Of a DNA stretch of 64,000 nucleotides, positions 57,256 through 64,000 are shown one piece after another. A model generated the notes under the pieces. It searched no databases, had not been told where the DNA came from, and was given only the letters and a program-made list of their open reading frames with translations. Location: positions 2,643 through 66,642 of the forward strand of contig MFNL01000001.1 in assembly GCA_001782035.1 (NCBI GenBank), written 5' to 3'. Positions within the stretch are counted from its first letter, which is position 1. Every line of letters begins with the position of its first letter. Origin of the DNA: Candidatus Levybacteria bacterium RIFCSPHIGHO2_01_FULL_37_17. GTDB lineage: Bacteria > Patescibacteriota > Microgenomatia > Levybacterales > UBA12049. The translations under genes were made by a program, and so were the position numbers.

Positions 57256-58305
57256 ATGGATATTGAAAGACAAGGTGTAATCTCACGCGTTAGAAATGCT
57301 GTAGAAAGCAGGGTTAATCCCAATTGGGAAACCGAGCAAGTTTGGCGAGATTATTTCCATAAGTCAAGATCAATTAGAGAACTCGAAGCAATAGTTACTG
57401 ATCCTCAAAAAGATCCAGTACACCAGCAAAGAGCATTAGATATTCTACTTGCCCCTGATGTAAATTCACTTGCCTTTCATGCTAATCTTGAATTTTCAAC
57501 AAGTCCAGTTCGCTTAATTAACCACGAATTTATTACCTCTCTTACAGACACACAGGCAGAGTATGCAGCCGCGATTGTTTCTGGAAATATCAATAGGTTT
57601 AGAAGGCAGTCCACATCTGAAGATCGCAACAGAGCATATGAAGCAAGACAAAGAATCGAGGACTATAACCATGTAATTCTTTCGCTTCTCCCAAAGTTGC
57701 CTCCAACGCAAGCAGATAAATTGTTTAGTGATTATATAATGATTGATGAAACGCTCTCGGATGAAAGCTTCCATAAATACGAGCCTGTAGAGTTACTTTT
57801 GCGAGTCGTTGACTTACCCTCAAAATATAGACTTCGAGCAATCAACTGGATGCACTCAAGAGCCGAGGATCTTAGAATAGAGGGAAAAGAGAAAGAATTA
57901 CAAGGCTTCTTAAATAGTTATGAAAGGCTATTAGATAGTATCTCTTTCACAGACGATTTGCCAATTCCGCAAGAGGCATTTGAAAACGAAGTGTCTTATT
58001 TACTTGGAACTTTTGACAGAAGCTTTTCTGATGGTTGGAATACGCATTACATCTTAAAGCATCTTGGTAGAGATGTAAAACATGCTTTGGTAAGAAGAAT
58101 TATATTAAACGGTGGAAACTTACATGATGAGAAATCTCTAGTAAAAGAGTTCGAAGAAGACCAAGAACTTGTCGAAGCCATACAAACAAAACTAACCGAG
58201 CAAGAGGCTAGAAATCGTTCCTGGGCAGAGCGACAAAGACAGGAACAAGAGACAGAGGCAGCTATTCTTCAGCGAATGAACAAAAAAGAACCCTCTGCAA
58301 GCTAA
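57256..58305 (+). CDS. hypothetical protein (349 aa), probably leaderless
   Basis: ATG 57256 (the track starts at TTG 57250). Helical, Arg/Glu-rich C-terminus; no family recognised. Confidence 0.4.
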   Translation: MDIERQGVISRVRNAVESRVNPNWETEQVWRDYFHKSRSIRELEAIVTDPQKDPVHQQRALDILLAPDVNSLAFHANLEFSTSPVRLINHEFITSLTDTQAEYAAAIVSGNINRFRRQSTSEDRNRAYEARQRIEDYNHVILSLLPKLPPTQADKLFSDYIMIDETLSDESFHKYEPVELLLRVVDLPSKYRLRAINWMHSRAEDLRIEGKEKELQGFLNSYERLLDSISFTDDLPIPQEAFENEVSYLLGTFDRSFSDGWNTHYILKHLGRDVKHALVRRIILNGGNLHDEKSLVKEFEEDQELVEAIQTKLTEQEARNRSWAERQRQEQETEAAILQRMNKKEPSAS

Positions 58306-58994
58306 TCTCTTGCCAAAGTTAGGCCGAAAACTTGCTTTGCCCCAGCTCGCTTGAGCACATTTGCTGCTTCTTTTAGCGTTGCGCCGGTTGTAACAACATC
58401 ATCAACAAGAAAAATATTTCTAGCATCTAGCTTCAAGCTTCTAGCATCTAGTTCAAAAGCTCCCTTGATGTTCAATTCGCGTTCTTTCCTTTTGAGCTTG
58501 AATTGGTTTTGTGTATCTTTTGTTCGCACAAGTAGATTTTGAGCAGGAATTTTGAATTTTTTAGACAATGCAGTTGATAAAATTTCCGACTGATTATATC
58601 CCCTTTTACGCAGCTTAGAACTTGAAAGCGGAATTGGAATAAAAATAAATTCAGATTTTTCTACTAAATTTACAAAATCCTCGTTTTGGATAATGCTCTC
58701 TATAAAAAGCTCTGATAGAAAAGTTTTAAGATCCGAAAGATAAGGCTTATACTTAAAGCTGTAAATTAACTTTTGCGCAATTTTGTTGTAAGAAATAGCG
58801 CTAAAACAACCATCAATTGAGTATCTATTTATACACCTAGGATGAGTAAGGCTATTATATGTTGGCTTATCGCAAACAAGACACAATTTTTTAACATCAA
58901 ACGAAATAAAAGTAAAGCAGTTTGAGCATACGTATTCCCCGCTCTTGCCGCAGTTTACGCATCTTTTTGGAAAAATTAAATCAAGTAAATTCAT
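58302..58994 (-). CDS. comF: ComF-family protein (competence, PRTase-like domain)
   Basis: N-terminal CVNCG...CSNC double zinc finger, C-terminal PRTase motif FLVDDVVTTGATL. Confidence 0.75.
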   Translation of the reverse strand: MNLLDLIFPKRCVNCGKSGEYVCSNCFTFISFDVKKLCLVCDKPTYNSLTHPRCINRYSIDGCFSAISYNKIAQKLIYSFKYKPYLSDLKTFLSELFIESIIQNEDFVNLVEKSEFIFIPIPLSSSKLRKRGYNQSEILSTALSKKFKIPAQNLLVRTKDTQNQFKLKRKERELNIKGAFELDARSLKLDARNIFLVDDVVTTGATLKEAANVLKRAGAKQVFGLTLARD

Positions 58995-59035
58995 TGCTAA
59001 CTTAGATAGTAAATGGTAAATTGTAAATAGTAAAT

Positions 59036-59593
59036 ATGGTCAAGATTTTCATTTTCCGCCATGGAGAAACATATGATAATAAACATCATGATTTCTCAGG
59101 CTGGAGGAATGTCGATTTGGACGAAGCAGGAATAATAGAGGCTCAAAAAATAAGAGACGCACTAAAAGACGAGAATGTAAACAAGGCCTACCAATCAGAC
59201 CTAATTCGCTCACAAACTACTCTTCAAATTGTTTTGGAGGGACACGAAAATGTCGATATTGTTACTGATACTCGAATTAAAGAAAGAGACTACGGAGACC
59301 TAACCGCTCTTAGCAAAGACGAGATAGCATTAAATGATCCAGAAGCTTTTAAGAGTTGGCACAGATCTTATGAAACTCCTCCCCCAAATGGAGAGAGTAT
59401 AAAAGATGTGGAAGAAAGAGTTTTATCATTTTTAGCAGAAGAGTTACCAAAGTGGAAGGCAAACGACGTAGTTTTTATTTCAGCTCATGGAAACTCAATT
59501 AGAGCGATGAGAAGATTTTTTGAGAATATAAGCATAGAAGAAATGTGTTCTTACGAAAATATCCCCGGCAAAATCTACGAATACACTATTTAA
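59036..59593 (+). CDS. histidine phosphatase family protein (phosphoglycerate mutase-like)
   Basis: IFIFRHGETYDN (RHGE) catalytic motif, second His in SAHGNSIRA. Confidence 0.75.
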   Translation: MVKIFIFRHGETYDNKHHDFSGWRNVDLDEAGIIEAQKIRDALKDENVNKAYQSDLIRSQTTLQIVLEGHENVDIVTDTRIKERDYGDLTALSKDEIALNDPEAFKSWHRSYETPPPNGESIKDVEERVLSFLAEELPKWKANDVVFISAHGNSIRAMRRFFENISIEEMCSYENIPGKIYEYTI

Positions 59594-59618
59594 CTTCCGA
59601 GTGTTATAATTATTCCGA

Positions 59619-59712
59619 GGAGAAGTCGCATAGTTTGGTCCATTGCGAGGGTTTGCTAAACCCTTGAGCCTGAATAAGGCTCGCGTGAGTTCGAATCTCA
59701 CCTTCTCCGCCA
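59619..59712 (+). tRNA. tRNA-Ser (anticodon GCU), CCA encoded
   Basis: Acceptor GGAGAAG/CTTCTCC, anticodon stem AGGGT/ACCCT loop TTGCTAA, long variable arm GAGCCTGAATAAGGCTC, T-arm GTGAGTTCGAATCTCAC, GCCA end. Confidence 0.8.
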
Positions 59713-59715
59713 TTC

Positions 59716-60216
59716 ATGCAGATTTTAAAAACAATTCACGAGGATTATCTGCGCTCATTAATGTTTGGACTCCAAGACGGAATTGTTTCTACTACGGGAG
59801 TGGTTATAGGGATTTCAACCGGGGTCGAAAACAAAGCAATAATAATCCTTGCTGCTTTTGTTGCAATAGCTGTTGAGGCTACTTCTATGGCAGCGGGCCA
59901 ATATTCTTCTGAAAAAGCAGTTCATCAAATGGATAAGACCGGAAGGCATACAGATAGTCTTGTTTTAGGAGCAATAATTATGTTTTTTGCGTATCTTTTA
60001 GGAGGAGCTTTCCCAATACTTCCAATTATATTTTTCCCGCAGGAAATATTTAGAATAATCGCTATTATTTCAGCATTTTTTGGTTTATTTTTAATCGGGT
60101 ACTTAAAAGGTCAACTTGTTGAACACAGACCGCTACGTTCTGCGATAGAATTATTTATAATTGGCTCTGTTGCAACAATTGTTGGGGTTGTGGTGGGTTA
60201 CTTGTTTAGAGTTTAG
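59716..60216 (+). CDS. VIT1/CCC1-family (DUF125) membrane protein
   Basis: GLQDGIVSTTGVVIG motif of VIT family, 4-5 TM helices; starts 4 nt after the tRNA. Confidence 0.6.
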   Translation: MQILKTIHEDYLRSLMFGLQDGIVSTTGVVIGISTGVENKAIIILAAFVAIAVEATSMAAGQYSSEKAVHQMDKTGRHTDSLVLGAIIMFFAYLLGGAFPILPIIFFPQEIFRIIAIISAFFGLFLIGYLKGQLVEHRPLRSAIELFIIGSVATIVGVVVGYLFRV

Positions 60217-60217
60217 G

Positions 60218-60301
60218 CGGAAGGTAGAGGATTCGAACCTCTGAGAGCTTTCGCTCACTGGTTTTCAAAACCAGCGCCATGAACCGCTCGGCCAACCTTC
60301 C
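60218..60301 (-). tRNA. tRNA-Ser (anticodon UGA)
   Basis: Acceptor GGAAGGT/ACCTTCC, anticodon stem CTGGT/ACCAG loop TTTGAAA, long variable arm, T-arm GAGGTTCGAATCCTC. Confidence 0.8.
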
Positions 60302-60327
60302 TTGGCTCAATTTTAACATAGGAAAAG

Positions 60328-60747
60328 CTATTTTAGTAGTTTTCGAGCTTCTTTCCAAACCTTTTTATCCGATGGATAAGTTAGTGTTTGTTCAACCTTT
60401 TCTTTTTCTGTCCATTTTACTTGACTCATTTCCCAATCGTGCTTTTTTACGTCCCCTCCGACTGCTTTCATAAGAAAATAATAAACAGTTTTTCTTCTTT
60501 TTTCTTCATCCCAAACATACCAATAAGTTATGGGAGTTAACGCTTTTTCAATTTTTGCCTCAACGCCGGTTTCTTCTTTTACTTCACGTATTGCGGCTTC
60601 TTCTTTGCCCTCGCCTTTTTTATGGTCGCCAATTAGTCCTTTGGGGAAAACCCAACCTTTGTGTCCTGAATGTTGTCCGAGAAGAATATAAATACTTCCA
60701 GCCTCTTTTTTGTGGACTATTCCTCCTGCAGAAAACTCAAATCTCAT
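60328..60747 (-). CDS. NUDIX hydrolase
   Basis: Perfect Nudix box GDHKKGEGKEEAAIREVKEETGV. Confidence 0.75.
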   Translation of the reverse strand: MRFEFSAGGIVHKKEAGSIYILLGQHSGHKGWVFPKGLIGDHKKGEGKEEAAIREVKEETGVEAKIEKALTPITYWYVWDEEKRRKTVYYFLMKAVGGDVKKHDWEMSQVKWTEKEKVEQTLTYPSDKKVWKEARKLLK

Positions 60748-60762
60748 TTATTCCTTTCGTTG

Positions 60763-60853
60763 TGGCGGAGAGGGGGAGATTCGAACTCCCGGTCGTCTTA
60801 CGACGACATTCACTTTCCAAGCGAACGCACTAGACCAGCTATGCGACCTCTCC
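60763..60853 (-). tRNA. tRNA-Ser (anticodon GGA), CCA encoded
   Basis: Acceptor GGAGAGG/CCTCTCC, anticodon stem TTCGC/GTGAA loop TTGGAAA, long variable arm GTCGTCGTAAGACGAC, T-arm GGGAGTTCGAATCTCCC. Confidence 0.8.
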
Positions 60854-60911
60854 TTGGTTTTCAATTATAATTAATGTTGACTTATTTCTCAATCTCTCAT
60901 ACAGTTAAATT

Positions 60912-61433
60912 ATGCCCGAACATCACGCAAAACCCCATGAAATTAATGACGTTAAAACTCTTTACGAATGGCAATCTCCCGGACGGCCTTTTAAAAAAAG
61001 AGGTAGACAATTTTATCTAACTTCCGTTTTGATTGCTTTATTTGTTGAAGCAATACTTTTCCTTTTTTCCCAGTATCTATTAATGGTCGTGGTTGTTGCA
61101 CTTGTTTTTGTTGCTTTCGCACTTTCTTATGTTCCTCCGAAAAATTTTTACTATAAAATCTCAACCGAAGGAATTATGGTTGAGGACAGGTTCTTCTTAT
61201 GGAAAGAGCTTTATGATTTCTATTATAAAAAAAGCGAGAATTTAGAAACTCTCCACATTAGAACCGAAGCATTTATTCCGGGCGAACTTATTCTAACCTT
61301 CCACGAATCTGATAAGGAAAAAATAAAACACGCACTAATTCCATATCTTTCCTTTAGGGAATATATAAGGCCTACATTTGTAGACAAAGCAGCGGATTGG
61401 CTAAGTCGCAATTTTCCCCTGGAGAATAAGTAA
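60912..61433 (+). CDS. hypothetical membrane protein
   Basis: 173 aa, two central TM helices, Tyr/Lys-rich C-terminal domain. Confidence 0.4.
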   Translation: MPEHHAKPHEINDVKTLYEWQSPGRPFKKRGRQFYLTSVLIALFVEAILFLFSQYLLMVVVVALVFVAFALSYVPPKNFYYKISTEGIMVEDRFFLWKELYDFYYKKSENLETLHIRTEAFIPGELILTFHESDKEKIKHALIPYLSFREYIRPTFVDKAADWLSRNFPLENK

Positions 61434-61467
61434 TTTGAGCTCCAAAATGCTATAATTGAAGCCAGGA

Positions 61468-61540
61468 GTGCCCGTAGTTCAATGGATAGAACGCCCGGTT
61501 GCGGACCAGGTGGTTGGAGGTTCGATTCCTCTCGGGCACG
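61468..61540 (+). tRNA. tRNA-Arg (anticodon GCG)
   Basis: Acceptor GTGCCCG/CGGGCAC, D-arm GTTCAATGGATAGAAC, anticodon loop TTGCGGA (one C:A mismatch in stem), T-arm GGAGGTTCGATTCCTCT. Confidence 0.6.
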
Positions 61541-61544
61541 CAAA

Positions 61545-61630
61545 GGAGGGTTCGCATAGCGGCCAATTGCACGAGTTTCGAAAACTCGAGGAGCAATCCT
61601 ACGCAGGTTCGAATCCTGCACCCTCCGCCA
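61545..61630 (+). tRNA. tRNA-Ser (anticodon CGA), CCA encoded
   Basis: Acceptor GGAGGGT/ACCCTCC, anticodon stem CGAGT/ACTCG loop TTCGAAA, long variable arm, T-arm GCAGGTTCGAATCCTGC. Confidence 0.8.
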
Positions 61631-61669
61631 CACTTGACTTCCTGTAAATTTTAGGTATTATACTTTTCA

Positions 61670-63241
61670 ATGAAAGAAAGAAAACTAAGAGGACTTTCTG
61701 CAACTCTAACTTCTATACTTCTTGCGGCCTGCGCACCTTCTGCGCCCGCCCCTACTCCTCGAGAAACCCAAACGCCACAACCAACTCCAACATCAAGGGC
61801 TACTGAGGTACTCGGAAGTAATATCGGTGAATTTTTAACATTTCCCATACATCCAAGTGAGGGATATTTTACAGGTGGTCCACATTCTGATGGACTATCA
61901 AATGGGGTTAGATATGCGCTTGATTTTGCTCCAAAAGAAAGAGTTCCTTGTCCGGGTGGAGTATCCGACGTGGTGGCAGAGGCTTCCGCTGCGGGTAAGG
62001 TAATCAGGGTAGGAAATGAGAGTGATCCAAGCGACCCATACCATAGCATTGTGGAGGTTGAAAATGATAATGGCTTCATCTTAGGCTACATGCATCTTTC
62101 AAATTTATTAGTTGATGTGGGCGATGAAATTGGACCTTTGCATCCATTAGGAAATGTGTCTTGTGAGATACCACCAGGGGGAGAAACGACTGGGGCTCAT
62201 GTTCATGAATACTTAAAAGACGCAAGCGGTAATCCACTACCAATTGCAGGAACAATATTTGAAGGATTTACTGTTAGAGAACTACCCCGAAATTACGACG
62301 GACTTTTGATAAATGGGGCTGATGTAAGAACAGCCGATAAAAGAAGATGCGGACCCAACCAAGCCTCAATTAATGCTTGTGGAGGAATTAGAAATGATTT
62401 AAATTATTCACCTTTTGCCACCGAAACGCCTGCGCCAACAACCTCGATTGCCGAAATATTGCAGGAGCCGCAAATCGATAACCCCTTGCTTGGCGCAAAG
62501 CAAAAAGTGCTTCAGCTTTGGGCAAGCACATGGAATCAAGACTATAGTTTTAGCTTTAACCAAGACGATGTATCAGATACAGACCATGATAATTTCGACA
62601 CAACTATATATATTAATTCAAATGCCGTAAATTTTAACGAGTGGTACAGCGCCGAGAAAGACAGCTTACTCAACAGCGCTGAGACAACTACTCCCCTTCA
62701 AATAACTTTAGACTACACACTTGAAGAATTTAGAGACAACAAGGCAACGGCGAGTCGATTTATAGTTGAAATGGAATTTAACAATATCAAGTTAAATAGC
62801 ATTGATTATAATATGGTGTCTGAGGCAGATAGAGCCAATGGAATTACCTGGGCGGGACAAGGAAATCTGCATTTTATATGGCGTTACCGAGCGATTAATT
62901 ATTATGTAAAAGACGACTATTACATATCCAATTGGGGGGATAGAGATAAAATTGAAAACTGGATTGAAGAAACGCCTGATGACCAGCTTCCTGACTTTGG
63001 ACAGTGGAGGCCGGGAGGAGTAAATGGAAACGGATATGGAATTGCATTAAAGGCTGTCAACGGCAGTTGGCAACTTTTAGATTTGATAAATCAACGCAAG
63101 GAAAGCCCCTGGACCAGAGTAATAGATCGCTATTCTCCCCAATTCACCTACGCTCTACCGATAGACGGTAATTTAAACGACATATGCACTTATACCAACG
63201 TTGATCCTTGCGAAAAGATTGAAATAAATTTCTCCAATTAA
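61670..63241 (+). CDS. secreted lipoprotein with M23 (LytM/lysostaphin-like) metallopeptidase domain and ~300-aa C-terminal domain of unknown function
   Basis: Signal + lipobox LLAAC, Pro/Thr-rich linker, M23 HxH motif GETTGAHVHEY, Trp/Asn/Tyr-rich C-terminal domain. Visibly GC-richer than surroundings. Confidence 0.6.
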   Translation: MKERKLRGLSATLTSILLAACAPSAPAPTPRETQTPQPTPTSRATEVLGSNIGEFLTFPIHPSEGYFTGGPHSDGLSNGVRYALDFAPKERVPCPGGVSDVVAEASAAGKVIRVGNESDPSDPYHSIVEVENDNGFILGYMHLSNLLVDVGDEIGPLHPLGNVSCEIPPGGETTGAHVHEYLKDASGNPLPIAGTIFEGFTVRELPRNYDGLLINGADVRTADKRRCGPNQASINACGGIRNDLNYSPFATETPAPTTSIAEILQEPQIDNPLLGAKQKVLQLWASTWNQDYSFSFNQDDVSDTDHDNFDTTIYINSNAVNFNEWYSAEKDSLLNSAETTTPLQITLDYTLEEFRDNKATASRFIVEMEFNNIKLNSIDYNMVSEADRANGITWAGQGNLHFIWRYRAINYYVKDDYYISNWGDRDKIENWIEETPDDQLPDFGQWRPGGVNGNGYGIALKAVNGSWQLLDLINQRKESPWTRVIDRYSPQFTYALPIDGNLNDICTYTNVDPCEKIEINFSN

Positions 63242-63290
63242 TTTCGTTCGAACTTGACATAGGTTTGAAAATATCTCAAACTGAGATTAG

Positions 63291-64000
63291 ATGAGAAAAA
63301 TTCTGTCCGTCTTTCTGCTTATTGTTTTTAGCTTATTCATCTTAATCACTCCTTCTTTTGCTCAATCGCCTACCAAAACCACACAAAAAACGAACTCTGC
63401 GCAGTATCTTACTCCAAATACAAACGAGGATGTTCCTAAAAATCTCCACACCTGGACTCAAAATATAATGATAGAAGTTTTATCCGCCGGTGTTTGCCAG
63501 CTTTCAGGGGTAGATCTAATTAACCCTGATAAAGGATGTTTGGGAATTGATTCAAAATCAGGAAAAATAGGTTACGTTAAATCAGGCGGGGGATTAATTG
63601 GAATTACCGCTTTAGCAATTGGGTCAACTTATACGCCGCCACTTCATACTGGGGACTATGTTAGATATTTATCGCAGAACTTTGGTATTGCCAAATCAAC
63701 TTACGCACAAGGATTTGGCTTTCAGGCGCTAAATCCTTTAATTCCTATCTGGTCTATTTTTAGAAACTTAGCATATGTAGTTTTAATTGTGATTTTCTTA
63801 ATTATTGGAATAGCAATAATGCTGCGTGTCCGAATTGATCCGCGTACTGTTATGACAATCCAAAACCAAATACCAAAAGTTGTAATATCGTTAGTTTTAA
63901 TTACTTTGTCCTTTGCAATTGCAGGATTTTTAATTGATTTAATGTATGTTTCCTTATTTCTTATTTATAATTTATTTGCGGGATTCAACATTGCAATAAC
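63291..64000 (+). CDS. partial CDS (runs off window): secreted protein with C-terminal multi-TM region
   Basis: ATG 63291, signal peptide MRKILSVFLLIVFSLFILITPSFAQ, ~150-aa soluble part, then consecutive hydrophobic helices; no stop before 64000. Confidence 0.4.
   Translation, partial: MRKILSVFLLIVFSLFILITPSFAQSPTKTTQKTNSAQYLTPNTNEDVPKNLHTWTQNIMIEVLSAGVCQLSGVDLINPDKGCLGIDSKSGKIGYVKSGGGLIGITALAIGSTYTPPLHTGDYVRYLSQNFGIAKSTYAQGFGFQALNPLIPIWSIFRNLAYVVLIVIFLIIGIAIMLRVRIDPRTVMTIQNQIPKVVISLVLITLSFAIAGFLIDLMYVSLFLIYNLFAGFNIAI

Noticed and set aside
59495-59876. Track ORFs 59495-59713 (minus) and 59643-59876 (plus)
   Set aside because: Both overlap the tRNA-Ser(GCU) gene and have tRNA-derived, non-protein-like sequence. 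Treated as spurious.
61223-61647. Track ORFs 61223-61633 (minus) and 61456-61647 (plus)
   Set aside because: They run through the tRNA-Arg and tRNA-Ser(CGA) genes; their 'proteins' are tRNA translations. Spurious.

Overview
AT-rich, tightly packed bacterial chromosome segment with overlapping or 1-4 nt spaced genes and many tRNAs lacking an encoded CCA. Gene content suggests a small-genome Patescibacteria/CPR-like organism: archaeal-type ATP-dependent DNA ligase, stand-alone Pol I-type 5'-3' exonuclease, EndoQ-like PHP nuclease, Thr/Pro-rich surface proteins, class II (B12) RNR, minimal glycolysis/pentose genes. Most of the window is housekeeping: TrxA/TrxB, Pth, RecF, Fpg, FtsH, TrpS, Tgt, MurD, NrdR-NrdJ, Gap, Pgk, two PBP1A, Rpe/RpiB, SmpB, ComF. 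RNA genes found by eye: tmRNA (ssrA) on the minus strand near smpB, eight tRNAs (Met-CAU, Ile-UAU, four Ser isoacceptors, Arg-GCG, plus a divergent initiator-like CAU tRNA), and a cobalamin-riboswitch-like leader. The most interesting locus is that riboswitch-like element heading a tight five-gene minus-strand cluster (PduO-type adenosyltransferase, two zinc-ribbon proteins, an acidic protein, a membrane-anchored FtsK/VirD4-like ATPase) immediately downstream of nrdJ; this is a candidate undescribed cobalamin acquisition/processing module. Other notable points: a PP-loop ATPase translationally coupled to an isolated murD, a GC-richer secreted M23 peptidase next to tRNAs, tandem PBP1A paralogs, and a consensus-perfect leaderless promoter for an unknown protein placed back-to-back with the tmRNA promoter. 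All calls are from reading the sequence and six-frame track only; no searches were run.
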